From Cetorhinus maximus (Eukaryota), in NCBI RefSeq assembly GCF_964194155.1, contig NC_135908.1, positions 15,376,001 to 15,440,000 on the forward strand: a stretch of DNA of 64,000 nt, read 5' to 3'. Position numbers and translations under genes: made by a program. The stretch's first letter is position 1. Every line of letters starts with the position of its first letter. Positions 13,691-26,940 of the stretch are shown here, in pieces. The notes under the pieces were generated by a model, which ran no database searches, had not been told where the DNA came from, and saw only the letters and a list, made by a program, of their open reading frames with translations.

Positions 13691-14819
13691 GGCTAACCTG
13701 CCAGCCAAGTAAAATAGTGTTATCTATAGGGAAGCAAATGTTCTTAACTGCTACCAGGGAACGCAAAGCTCCCCTTCACTATTCATTGTCCAATTTTGGA
13801 TAATTCACACCCAAAACAGACAATCTGATTATTATTTATATTGAAGGTTATGACAGCATTTTGCAATAAGGAACATTCATCCAAATTGTTGATTTGAAAA
13901 ATCATTTCTATATTAGTAAGCTATTTAAAATGGTTGAGAACTTTTTTTTTTTAAACTGGTACAGTTTACTCAACTATTCTGACAACAACGTTCTACATCA
14001 TTTAGCCAATTTGCAGAGGTTGAATCAACATTATGAACAGCCCTGAACATTGGATAGCTCTGGAACACAAGTCAAAACTTCATGGCCAGAATAAAGTAAG
14101 TTTCTCTGAACCCAAGGGCCATGTTAAGCTTTCCAAAGAATATCACCACCAATCTGGTATGCAGAGTGAAAAAGGATCACTTGGTGTACATATACTATTG
14201 AACTCTATGGCGGAATTCAGTCATTATGACTGATGCACACTAGAGCATAAATAGTCATGAACTTGGTCTAAATCAGACCCAGTGGAATTATTAAAACAGT
14301 TGTTCTCTTTCAGTTATCATACTGAGACACATTGTGCTAAGATTACTTGTTTTAAGTCGGATATTGTAAACAGTCAACCAGAAAGCTGAGCTCTAATTGG
14401 CTGCAGGATTAGACAATGTTATGAACTGCAATTTATTGGCAGTCTTGCCTATCAACACAGGAGGGAGAAATGATGGAATAATTCATCAGTCCAGCCTAAA
14501 CCCAAATTACACTTTGTTCTAAAGGTGTATTCACCCGAAATACAGGAGGGGTACAGCTCTAACATCCTTGCAGGAAGGTGAGGAAATGTGCAGAGCAGCA
14601 AACAAGCTCAAGGGCTCGGGTTATTTTTTCCCTCCTCATAACCAGGGAGGTTTAGAGAATAGACAAGAAGTTCAATGGTTGAGTGCACGGCACAGCAGTC
14701 CATTGTCATGTATGGAGTGGAGCTGAGATCTACAATGTTTTTAGTCTTAGCAGAAGCTTCACAAATGCTTTGAGAAGTCTGTATATCAATATGGCATGGC
14801 ACAATTTCACAATTCAGTT

Positions 14820-16890
14820 GGGGTTGAGAAATATGGGTCTAAGACTAGTGTCTTAAAAGTAAATAAAGGCAATTGCAAGAGTATGCGGAGTTGGCTGAAG
14901 TTAACTGAGAAAATAGGTTAAAAAAAGGACAGTAGAGGAGCAGTGGCAGATATTTAAGGGGATATTTTATAACTCAAAAGTTACATGAAATATGAGAAGG
15001 ATGCATTATCCATGATTAACTAAAGGATAAAAGTTAAGGATACTATCAAATTGAAAGGAAGTACACAATTCTGCAAAGATTAGCAGTAGGTCAGAAGATT
15101 GGACAGGTTTTAGAAACCAGCAAAGAATGATTTTAAAAAATGAGTGAGACATTAGAGTATGCGAGAAAGCTAACTAGAAATGTAGAAACTCTTGCTGTTT
15201 TTATAAGTATTTAAAAAGGAAAAGAGGCATTGGTCCCTTAGAAGCCAAGACTGGGGAATTACTATGGGAAACAAGGAAATGGCAGAAGTGTTGAACAGAT
15301 ATATAGTGTTTGTTTTCACAAAGGGAGAATCATCAAATCATTATTAGAGAAAAAGGTACTGAGAAAACTACTAGAAATAAAAAAATGACAGGTCCCCTGG
15401 GCCTGATGGCCTTATAAGACCCTAGGATGCAGAAGTGGCTGCAGAGATAGTGGGTGCATTGGTTGTGATCTTCTGAAATTCCCTAGACTCTGGAAATGTC
15501 CATGAGGATTAGAAAAATCGCTAACGCAACACCTGTATTCAAGAAAGGAAACTCGCCGAGCAGAAAACTGTAGGCCAGCTATCCAAATATCTATCGTTGG
15601 GACAATGCTAGAATCCATTATTAAGGGAGGTAATAGCAGGACCTTTAGAAATATCACAACACAAATCAAGGCAGAGTCAACATGGTTTGCCTTTGACTAA
15701 TTAAGAGTTCTCGCAAGGTGGATAAAGGGGAACCTGTAGATGTGGTGTACTTAGATTTCCAAAAGGCATTTGAAAAGTTGCCTCAAAAGGTTACTGCACC
15801 AAATAAGAGCTCATGGTGTAGGGAGTGGCCTATTAACATGAATAGAGGATTGGTTAGCTAACAGGGAGCAGAGAGTAGACAAATTTTCAGGTCAGCAAGC
15901 TGCAACTAGTGGATCACCACGGGGATCAGTACTGGAGCCTCAACTATTTACAATCTAAATCAACAACTTGAATGAAGGGATCAGATGTATGGTAACTAAA
16001 TTGGCTGATGACAAAGATAGGTAAGAAACTAAGTTGTCAAGGGGACATAAAACATTTACAAAGGGATATAGATAGGTTAAGTGAGTGGGGAGTATAATGT
16101 GGGAAAATGTGACCTTGTTCACTTTGGCAGGAAGAATAGAAAAGCAATATATTATTTAAATGGAGAGAGATTGTAGAATACTATGGTACAGAGGGATCTG
16201 CGTGTTCTAGTACATGACTCAGAAGAAGTTAGTAAGCAGGGATAGCAAGTGATTAGGAAGGCAAATGGAATGTTGTTTATTGCAAGAGGAATGGAATATA
16301 AAAGTAGGAAGTTGTGTCACTGTTGCACAGGGCGTTGGCGAGAATAGATCTGGAGGACTGTGTACAGTTTTGGTTTCCTTATTAAAAAAAGGATAAAATT
16401 GCATTAGAAGTTCAGAGTCAGAAGGTTCACTCAACTGATTCCTGGGATGAAGAGGTTTTCATATGAAGGAAGGTTGAACTTATACCCATTGGAGTTTTAG
16501 GAGAATGATTGCTAATTTTATTGAAATATAAAAGTTCCTGAGAGGACTTGACAGGGTGGATGCCAAGAGGAAGGTACCCCTTGTGGGGAGAAGTCTAGAA
16601 CTACGAAATTAAGGGTCGCTGAAAGACAGATGAGGAGGTTTTTTCCCCCCCCAAAGGGTCGTAAGTTTGTGGAATTCTCTTCCCCAGAAAATGGTGGGAG
16701 TGGATAGGGGCTGGGTCATTGAACCTATTCAAGGCCGAGTTAGATAGATTTTTGATCAAATGAGTCTAAGGGAGGGGGGTGCAGGGAAGAGAAGTTGAGG
16801 CCACAATCAGATCAGCCATGATCTTATTGGATTGGCGAAGCAGGAGAAAGGGACCCCAGTGGTCCACTCCTGCTCCCAATTCTGGTGTTC
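14820..16890 (+). mobile_element. Decayed CR1-clade LINE (family B), RT and 3' UTR
   Basis: Relics of VDVVYLDFQKAF, SGxPxGSVLEP, LADD and YCVQFWFP motifs, with a typical CR1 3' end (ccactcctgctcccaattct). Confidence 0.85.
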
Positions 16891-17721
16891 TCTAAAAGTG
16901 TGAAAAATTGAGTTTCGCACCTGTAGTGTTATGAGAATTCTACGAAGCATTCAACCTGAGGCAAGCGGATTATAAAAGCATGAACTGCCACTTATCAGAA
17001 GGACAACACATTAAATTTGATTAACTTTACCCACAACAGTGCTTTCAATACCAATGCATCCCAGGTGCCCTTCAAACTAATTTGCACATCTCCAGGGAAG
17101 TTTATCACCATGTGATAAGTCAGATGGTGATTACACTAGTTGGAGCTCGTTTAGTCAACATTCTGATGATATCATGTCCATTGTGTTACATGTGACATTT
17201 CTAACCAGGTCATTCCAGTAGGGTTTACTCTGGAACACAGCCAGGCTCAGTCAAGCATCTCAGCAGGTGGTTTTCACCAGTTCAACTTCAACTGCCTGAA
17301 AGATACATTCAACTTTAACCAGGACATTTTTGGGAAAGCAAATGGGCGAGACGCCTTATGCGAAAGTGTGACCTTTGCGAGGGAAATTTTTTCCTCGATC
17401 CATTTGCAACAGGTTCATATCTACCCTGCTGTCTGGTAGCCAATTGAAATATTACAAGATTACCAAAATGAAAGTTTGATTACAAGAGGTGTTAAGCAGT
17501 TTACTGCAGTATTGAGAATACAGCCCAAAATCTGGTGTGCAGTCCTGGCCTCACTGGAAGAAAATTCCTTGGAAGCTACACTTCAAGTCGATTCAAGCCA
17601 AAACTCCCGATTTACAGTCAGAGTATTGAAGCCACTATGAACAGGCATTAAACTCACCATGTGACTATATCCTATTGAGAACACATTGTAAAAGCACTAT
17701 AAATAGAGATACCTTTATTCA

Positions 17722-18043
17722 AAGATTTGCTGGGTAGCACAGAACTTGAATATTGCTGAAAAGGAGGCCTGCTGTTGAAGTTTTAATCCGGCACTCATTA
17801 GGACAGATGCAAGAATGCCAAATTTCAAAAGGAGCAACAATCATGAGAAGAGGGTGCCGATTGGTTGGTAGGTAGGCTTTGATTGCATTCTCCATGGCAA
17901 CGGCTTGACCAGGAGTCAACTTGCCAACCAATCAGCACCCTCTTCTCATGCAATATAAGTTGTGGTTCCCTTTGAAATTCAGTACTCTTGCATCTGTCCA
18001 GATGGGTGCAAGAGGATCACCTTCAACTGCATGTCTCTCTTTC
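17722..18043. mobile_element. Fold-back Penelope-derived non-autonomous element (PLE family 2)
   Basis: ~125-bp imperfect inverted arms and a 17-bp flanking direct repeat AGAGATA(C/T)CTTTATTCA at 17705-17721 and 18044-18060. Arms are homologous to the 3' end of the PLE at 20.7 kb. Confidence 0.75.
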
Positions 18044-18819
18044 AGAGATATCTTTATTCATTGTGGTTGTATGGTTACAGCAATGCCAATACACAATGGA
18101 ATGCCAATAATCAGATTTAAAGTACCTTCAGGGGCAAAAAGGACCATATAAAAGTTTCAGGGGGAGGTCACATCTCATCCAAGTTAGTGATCACACCAAG
18201 CATGAACTATACAAGCAAGATGCAACACAAGTTAGTATTTCAAGCTGGATATGCAACAAGACTCAAACGAGAAACAGTTTGTGCAACATCACCCCTCATG
18301 AAATACTCTCTAGAGCAGTAACATCCAGAAAACCTTTAACTAGTTTCAGTACGAAGCTACCAGTAGCGTGCTCTAAACGTACATTGCAGGTTGTAACATT
18401 CTTACCCTTCATTTGTGTCGAGCAAGTTATTTCAGAATCCTATACTCAGGCATCAAGGAAATTGAGGCAAGCTTCCAAATTTTTATTCAGCTGCACTATA
18501 AAATAACAGCTACGAGCTCTGCTATTCCAGATGATGAAAATAACTTAAGCAATGGAGACTGGCTGTTTACTTCACTGATTGCCAACGTTTTTGAAGGAGA
18601 GAGATTTGGCTTGTTCACACAGCATGCAGCTGAGAGTAGACTAGGCACGGCCTAGATTTAGTCGTCATGAGGGTGGGGATGCACCATGGACAGTAGAACG
18701 AACTCAGACAGACATGGCTGCAACAACTGGGTTGGTCACTACCTACTGGCAAGTGGGCTTGGGATGTGTCAGGCCAAAATTTGTAAATCTTTCGAGAAAG
18801 GCTGAGGTTCAGCCTCAAC

Positions 18820-19765
18820 CATTTTGCAATCTATATTAATGACTTGGATGAAGGGACCAGCAAAGTTGCAGCCAAATTTGATGATGATTCAAAGATAGAC
18901 AGAAGAGCAAGATGTGTGGAGGATACAAAGAATCTATAAAGGGATATGGATAGGTTAAGCGAGTGGGCAAAAATTTGGCAGATGGGACTTTAATGTGGGA
19001 ATATGGGAGGCTGGTTTCCCAATTTGGCAGGAAGAATAGGAAAGCAGCACATCATTTAAATGAAGATACTAGTACAGAGACATCTAGGCATCCCAGTACA
19101 ACAATCACAAAAACGTTAGTATGCAGATGCAGCAAGCAGTTAAGAAAGCAAGTGGAACATTGGACTTTATTGCAAGGGAAATGCAGTAGGAAAGCTTTGT
19201 TACACCAGTACAGGGTTATTGGTGAGACTACACCTACAGTACTGTGTACAGTTTTAGTCTGCTTACTTGAGATGGGGTGCTGGGTATACTTGAACTGGAA
19301 GCAGTTCAGAGAAGGCTCTCTAGGCCAATTCCTGAGGTGAAGGGGTTGCCTTTGAGGAAAGGTTGAACAGGTTGGGCCTATAGTCATTGGAGTTTAGAAA
19401 AATGAAAGATGATCTTATTCAAACAGGGGACTTGACAGGGTGGATGCTGAGAGGATGTTTCCCCTTGTGGGGGAAAATCTAGAATGAGGTGAACAGTTTA
19501 AAAATAAAGGCCCTCCCATTTAAGATGGGAATGAGGAGGAATTTATTCTGATGGTCGTTAGCATTTGGAATTCCCTCCCGCAGAGAGCAATGAAGATTGG
19601 GCCATTGAATACGAGGCCGGGTGAAGACAGATTTTTGATTGACGAGGGAATCAAGGATTATGAAGGGCATGCAGCAAAGTGAAGTTAAGGCCACAATCAG
19701 GTCAGCCATGATCTTACTGAATGGTGGAGTAGGCTCAATGGCCTACTCCTGATCTTATATTCCAG
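18820..19765 (+). mobile_element. CR1-clade LINE fragment
   Basis: Colinear with 15950-16880. Confidence 0.8.
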
Positions 19766-20699
19766 GTTAGAAAGGTTGGCAGTTTTGTTGGAGACTCAGT
19801 CTGGCTAGCTATTATACTAGATGTGAGTTAGAGAGCCTAAAACTAGAATTAAGCCATGTTAGTCACAGCACAGGTTTCATTCTTGTGCTACCACAGGGAA
19901 CAGTTGCGACAAATAACATGGTTGCATCTGAGGGAGAAGCTAAGTAAGCACAAGAGGGAGAAGGGAATGGAGTGTTATGCCGGTTGAGTTAGATGAGGGA
20001 GGATGGGAGGAGGTATAAATGTCAACAGGGGTTTGTTGAGCCATATGACCTGTTTCCGCGCAAGTAATTCTAGAAATATATTTGACTTTTATACAGCATC
20101 CGACTGCGCTGCTTCCCAAACTTTTTCCCCATTGAGGCTTGAAAATTACCACAATCCGTCAGTGGGAGCCGAGAGCGCTGGGAAAGGGGGAGAAAGGGAC
20201 AGAGTGTTTAATCTTCAGGTGAAATTTTAAAAAAACCTATCTTTTCACTGGATTTTTGGGAGCATTAATCAAACAAACATCAGTCTGTTAGGCCAAACCC
20301 ACCACTAACAAAACTGCGGGGGAGGGTTTAAAAAGGGGTCTTACAGCTGTTAACATCCAGTCAGAGCTCCACTGCAGCCATTGCTGCCTCAGAGCTCAGG
20401 GCCCCAGGTCTAGTCGGCAACCAACAGTTTGGGACATCCTATCCTGCTCAATGTTGGTTTGTATAACCCCCAAATTCTTGCCGGCTTCTGTGCTTCCCAT
20501 TTCCCCTGTCCTCTGCCTCACCATTGGCAGCTACATCTTGAAACACCGAGGCCCCACACTTCAAATCCTTCCCTCCACTCCACCTGACCAAACCCAAGCC
20601 ATTTCTTTCTCCCAGTCTCCCATTAAAAAGTACGAAACATAATGGGATGATCAAAACAAAAAAAGACACAATATACAAAAAGCTGTGCCATCACTTTCT

Positions 20700-21690
20700 C
20701 ACTTACTGAAGCACATTTTTGGCATACCCTCTAATCAGAGGCATGCTGTCAAAAGCTTTTTTTGTCTTGCACTCATCAGGACAAACAGAAGAATGCCAAA
20801 TTTCAAAGGGATCAACAATATATGCTGCACGCGAGAAAAAAAGTGCCGATTGGTTGGTTGGCAAGTTGGTCAATTCTCCATGGCAACCCCTCGGCCAATG
20901 AACCAGGGAGCTGTTGTTCTCCACACTTTCAAACAAAAAAAAAAGGCGCAATATCCGGACAAGTTCCTTTTGCTGCAGAGGACAGGCCCCGTGTATGAAT
21001 ATATGTAACTCCCAGCAAGGACAAGTGAGCCTGACTGAATCTTAAATTGGTTGTTCGTGTAATTCTTAGCACACGTTGTTCAGCAAACGCTGGCGAATTA
21101 CAAAAACACATCTTGACGTTAGACGTGCTCGGAGTTTTGCAAGCACGGGCTGTTTGAACACAGTCAGCACCTCGGCCTATTGCGAACAGCCGAAGAGAAA
21201 TGCTGTTTGATACGATCCGCCAGTCATAGAGACATACAGCTTATCCACCCTGCATCGCAGTGACACCGAAATTCATATACCATATTGCTCGTGTAACACA
21301 GAAAATAGGAGTTCGGCCCTTTGAGCCCGTTCCACCATTCACGATCATGGCTGATCATCCAACTCAAAAGCCTGCTCCTGCTTTCTCCCCATACCCTTTG
21401 ATCCCTTTCGCCCCAAGAGCTATATCTAACTCCTTCTGGAAAACATTCAACATTCTAGTACGTGTAGCACGCAGCATCCTTAAAGTGGAAAACACCACTG
21501 GTGCTACTACTGCATCGTCGCAGTGTGAAAAGACGAGCTTCACCTGTTGCTCAAATTCTTGCGATGCCTGTCCCTTCATTTGAGGTAGGCTGGGCACTTC
21601 AGCAGAAAATGGCAGCCTTAGGCCCATTTGTGCCCACTTGCTGTGTATTGCGCACAATCATCTGGTCGGGATAGCCATTAACCCACAGCA
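20700..21690 (-). mobile_element. Decayed Penelope-like element (family 2): thumb, GIY-YIG relic and 3' end; interrupted by a CR1 tail at ~21296-21455
   Basis: Minus-strand relics NGYPDQMIV, KGQASQEFEQQVKL and SNMVYEFRCHCDAG...LADRIKQH. The 3' region has tgtcCTGATGAgtgcaagac, a hammerhead-like motif. Confidence 0.75.
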
Positions 21691-21955
21691 TAGCTTCTCC
21701 AAACCTCCTGGCTCTTGTGCTTTCCTACTTACCCCGCAGCTTAGTCGATTCATCTCCCCTGTTCAAACTGACACTTCTCTATTGCCACCCATTTCCCTGG
21801 ATTTTTGTCTTCCACACCAGTTGACATTTCTCGCTATTTTTCCCCCCTTTGCCCACATTCTGCCTTCTTTCGTTTCCCAAGGTTCATTTCTCTACCCCAC
21901 CTGACTCAGAACGCACTGATTGCTCAGACTTATTTTGTGAAGGTGGGCACCCCTT

Positions 21956-22396
21956 GGGCTGGAGTTTACATCAACGTGGTGACCTTGGTCATGGGGCAAG
22001 CCCACATCTGCTTGGCTGGGTCAACCCAAGCCTGTTTTAAGGTCTGATTGTTAATTGGCTCAGGAGTTAATGGGCTCAGGGGGTCTTCCACCCTCATTAG
22101 GGAGCACGTACTGCCTCAAGAGAGATGCCAGCCAATCGGATGGCAGTCGGTTCTCTAGTCTCAGCCAGACCACCAAGAACAGTGGCCACTGCTGGGGCCA
22201 CAGGCTGTCCAGCACAAGGAGTGCGGAGGCCAGATTAGAAGGTTGGGGGAATGGTTTCAGCTTGTGGCTTCACCACGTGGCTTGTGGACAACCTGGTACT
22301 GACAAAATATTAGAGTCGGGTCAGCATAGTGCTACCATGGCACCCGATTTCACGCCCCCCCAACCGGTTTAGAGGTGGGGGCATAAAATTCCACCT
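21956..22396. mobile_element. Decayed TIR element of the GGGCAGAATTTT family
   Basis: Ends gggctggagtttaca...taaaattccacct; internal similarity to the GC-rich elements at 61-62.6 kb. Confidence 0.45.
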
Positions 22397-23984
22397 CGTT
22401 TTAGTCCTAGTGTACAGAACTATCTGGGTCATTGGCACCAAGAGAATAGGTTTGGCCACTTGACTCTGAAGGACCAGATGGGGGCCTAGCTATGCCAATT
22501 AGACAACGATGCCAGTTGGTAAGTATGACAAGGCGACATTTCTGAATGAAAGAAAACATGTCAATTTTATAGACATCGTGCCAACAAAGTTTGCATTGGA
22601 GGAATATGAGAAACATGGTTCAAAGGTACGGAGGTATAGGGCAACAGGTAAACAATATTTATGCAAGATTTTAAAAAACTGAAAGGTTGCTTCTCCTTCT
22701 AAAGAGAAGAGGTAACATTTCCTTTTCATTCTGCATCTTGAATGCCCAATTGGACCACAAATGTACATACTGCCTAAAGCTGCCCGAGTGCAATTGGCTA
22801 GATGTCGTGGTGCTATAATGACTTAAAGTAGCATCAAGCTGTTGGGTGCAGGACTATGCTTTGATAGCTATTCGCTTAGACTCCAGTTCTTTATTCATCT
22901 AACTGACTACTTTCAAGGTGTCTCAAGGCAGACCAAGTGCCCGGTCACTGAAGGGCACCTTTCTCCTTTTTCTCCCACCTCCAGCCCCCCTACTCCCAAA
23001 AGGCACGAGTGTAAAAAATCCAGGCTCCTGCTCCCTTCCACCAAGGCAGCAGCAAAGGGGAATCGTCAGCCACAACTTGGAAACCCAAAGCCCATTCAGG
23101 ATTCAAATAAATAATCTGGAACCTTCCTGCAGACTCCGGGCAAACCAAGCTCCAGTCCACACAAGTCAGTCACAGCTACACCCACCCCAACTGGTAACTG
23201 GAAATGTCGTGGATCACTCTGGCAAGCGGTTTAACAATGGAAATGTTTATCGACAATATATTCAGGTAGACGGCTCAAAAGATAACTGTCCAAAAAAAAC
23301 CTCAGGTATATCCATGAGCCCTTTCAAACGGCATGTTCAATCTTGCACCCAAATCTTCATTTTGGAGTACCAACTCATTGAGCCTATCCTCGTAACTAAA
23401 GCCTTTAGTTTAGTACTTTCACCACCTCCTGCACCTTCTACAGAGCTTTAACCTCATAACAAAACTACGAACAGTTCAGCCTTGCCAAAAGATCTTAACT
23501 ATAGCAATCCATTTTCTACTTGATAGCCCTAGTACACAACCCAAAATCCAATAGGGCCCTTAGGCTGCTTGTGTATTTGACTGACTATTAATCCCCTGAT
23601 CATTACCCTTAAATGGACATCCCTGCATGATACAAAGAAGCCTGGAATTTCTCCAGCCCCTAATGCATGATACCATTTAAGGCAGCAAATTTACTGCCAA
23701 CCACAGGTCCACTCTCCCAAATCGCTTTACATAACTTGCAACCTTCGATCAAAGTTACTCATCCCTGTTCACTCCTGCCTCAATTAATTGTCACGACATT
23801 TAAGTCTTCATCTCACGTCATTAATACAAACAAATTTAGGACCACATTGGAATGTGCAGTGTTTTAAACTACCAATCCATGTGCAGAATGACATGCATTC
23901 TTAAAATCAACTTTCACTCTGCACAAGCAATGGCCTACATTAGTAAATTTGTACCTCACTTTTAATCAACTACTTTATACTTGG

Positions 23985-24270
23985 GTCACTTTCGCATTTG
24001 GGTCAAAATCCCGGAAATCCCTGTGGGTGTACCTACACCACGGGCTACAGTAGCTCACCAAAGGGCTATCAGGAATGGATAACAAATGTTGTCCTTGCCA
24101 GAAATGTCCACATCCCACGGACATAAAATCAGAAGTGTTCATTGTTGAAATCAGTCAAGGGCTCAATACAGTATTGCCGAATGGCATCATGAAATTCTCA
24201 AGGGCAATTCGGGATGGGCAATAAATGCCATCCTAGCCAGCGACGCCCACATCCCTTGAACTAATATTAA
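23985..24270 (+). mobile_element. Two short LINE family A 3'-end fragments
   Basis: Contains gggcaattcgggatgggcaataaatgcc...gacgcccacatccc and a more decayed upstream copy. Confidence 0.65.
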
Positions 24271-25934
24271 AAGAAAAAGATGTTGATAGCCAATAGGCTA
24301 TTTCATGTTCAGAATGCAAAAGTGTTAAGGACATCCACATTGGTAGTATTTTTGAACATGGTCAAGTTTGAGAATCATTTTGCATGTGTTTGCATATGCA
24401 AACACTTGAATACACTTAAGATGAAAGCAGTTTTTGCATCAACTAATGCCACAATCTGCCAGTAATCAACTTGTGTAGCTGCTATATCATTATCCCAGCT
24501 TTGCTCTGTACCAGTTGACTAGGGTAGCAGTTGGAACATTAATTTGCCGTAGCATCCGATAGAGAAGGGGAAAGGAGGTGAAAGTGAGAAAAAAAAACTT
24601 TGAGATTGCCAGCTCACTAGCCTAAAACCTAACAGAGGTTATGGGAATGTGGCTTAAAATGCAACTTGCATGACATATTGAAGGGTGATCAACCTGGAAC
24701 CAGAGATCAGTGAGCAATCACTTAACACAAAAGGAAGGAAAATGTCTAAATAAGCCACACCAGTTTCAAGACAAGGTCCTAATTCTACAAATGGGTTAGA
24801 ACAAAGTCCTACATTCAGGCCACATGGCAATATCCAACTGTACTTTGAATCATTCCATCCACTAACTTGAACAATTCCTGTTCGGTCTCACTGATTAAAT
24901 AGTGTACAAGAGAATAAAGCCCGCACTCAGAACAGGTACACCATTCAGATCAAGGTTTGGTACAAAGTGCAGAGGCTGGCTTAAACAAGCTTGCTTCCAT
25001 GGGTCAGAACGTTCATGGGGGTGGGTCAAACGTTTCAGGTGTTGCCCTTTAACTATTAAATGCAGTTTTACTGATTTTCTACTAAAATTAGAGACTAACT
25101 CCTGTTGTAAACTAGGCCAATTATTGTGCCTAGTGAAACAAAATCAGAGACATATTAGAAACTTAAAGCTACTTTTAATCTTGATGGCAAGTTTGTCTAT
25201 AGCTATTTACTGATAAAATTAGTAAAAAAGGAAGCCAAGGATTGAATGCTAATTTTAATAGCTTGACAAAAGAGTTGTCATGAAGCTTTTTTTTAATGTC
25301 GATTAAACATCGCCAAATAGACTAAATTTCAGAAAAAGATCAAGCCTCTTTCTCTAAAAGGAGGAAAGCAGAGTTTTGTGAAAAGCTAACCGCATTAGCT
25401 TCATTTACTTTTGAAGAATGAATGCTAAACACTGGGTATACTGTCTATCCAGTGCTGCACCAGATGTTGCAGTTCGGAAATGGTAGCAATGAATTTAAGC
25501 ATGTGGTCAACCAACTCATACCCATGTCTTTACATAACTAATCTTTCTGGTTCTTGCTATGTGTAATCAGTAAGTTACATTGACTTGGGGAGAAATAAAT
25601 TCATCAACTATCTAAACATAAGTCTGGATATCGACACTGGCAATTCTGCAGACCGAAAAGGATTCTTCAATTCCACAATTACTGTAACATATGACCAAAT
25701 GTAGCCAGATATTCTAGAGGCAGTTGTTAAATTGGCAGTGATTGAATGAGCCAGGCTGGATGGCAGTCTACAGACTAATCTATCCTGCACTGCAAGATAT
25801 TGTAGAATAACTCCTCCAGTTAGGTAGTTAAGATCTTTTAATATAAAGATCTTATAGGTCCTGTTTGATAGTCAGCTCACAGAATGAGAACAATGACAGA
25901 TGAAATTTAACTGAACTTTAGAAAGACTAAAAAG

Positions 25935-26940
25935 GAGCGATAGTGTTTGATAAATGTAGATTTCTTTGAGGATTAAGATGTATAAAGAGGAACCAGTAGA
26001 TGTAGTGTATTTGGATTTCCAAAAGGCATTTGATTAACATTTTGTAAGTGCCACATGAAAGGTTACTACACAAGGTTAAGAGCGCATGGTGTTGGGGTAA
26101 TATATTAGCATGGAGAGAGGATTGGCACCTAACTGGAAAGAGTCAGGATAAATAGGCCATTTTCAGGTTGGCAAACTAACTAGTGGGGTGTCACAGGGGT
26201 CAGTGCTGGTACCTCAACTATTTACAATCTAGATTAATGAATTGGACAAAGGGACAAACTGTATTGTAGCCAAATTTGATGATACATAGAGAGATTGGCA
26301 AGCAAGTTAAGGAGGACACAGTCGGTGTAGGGACATAAGTTAAGCGAGTGTGCAAAAAATTGGCAGATGGAGTATAATATGGGAAAATGAGGGGTTCTGG
26401 TGAAGTACTGTAGATAGTTTTGGTCTCCTTACTTGAGGAATATACTTGCATTGGAGGCAGTTCAGAGAAGGCTCACTAAACTGATTTCTGGGATGAAGGG
26501 GTTTGTCTTATGAGAAAAGGTTGAGCAGGTTGGGCCTAAACTCGGTTTAGAAGGATGAGAGGTGATCTTATTGAAACACAAGATTTTGAAGGGGGGGGGT
26601 GGGGGAAATGAGGAGAGGAGGTTTCCCCTCATGGGGGAATCTAAAACTAGGGGGTACAAATTTCAAAATAAGAGGTCTCCTATTTAAGACAGATTAGGAG
26701 GAATTTCTTCTCTGAGGGTCATTAGTGTTTGGAATTCTCTTCCCCAGAGAGCAGTGGAGGCTGGGTCACTGAATATATTTAAGGCCAAGTTAGGCAAAGT
26801 ATTGATCAACAATGGAGTCAAGGGTTATGGGGACAGGCGGGAAAGGAGAGTTGAAGGTCACTACCAGATCAGCCAAGATCTTAATGGATGGCAGCTAGAG
26901 CAGGCTTGATGGGTCAAACGCTGCCCCTATTTCACATGAT
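25935..26940 (+). mobile_element. CR1-clade LINE fragment
   Basis: gatgtagtgtatttggatttccaaaaggcattt (DVVYLDFQKAF), agtggggtgtcacaggggtcagtgctg and a CR1 3' UTR. Confidence 0.82.

Noticed and set aside
22918-23451. 177-aa ORF in intron 1
   Set aside because: Non-ATG start, no recognisable motifs or splice support; most likely chance.
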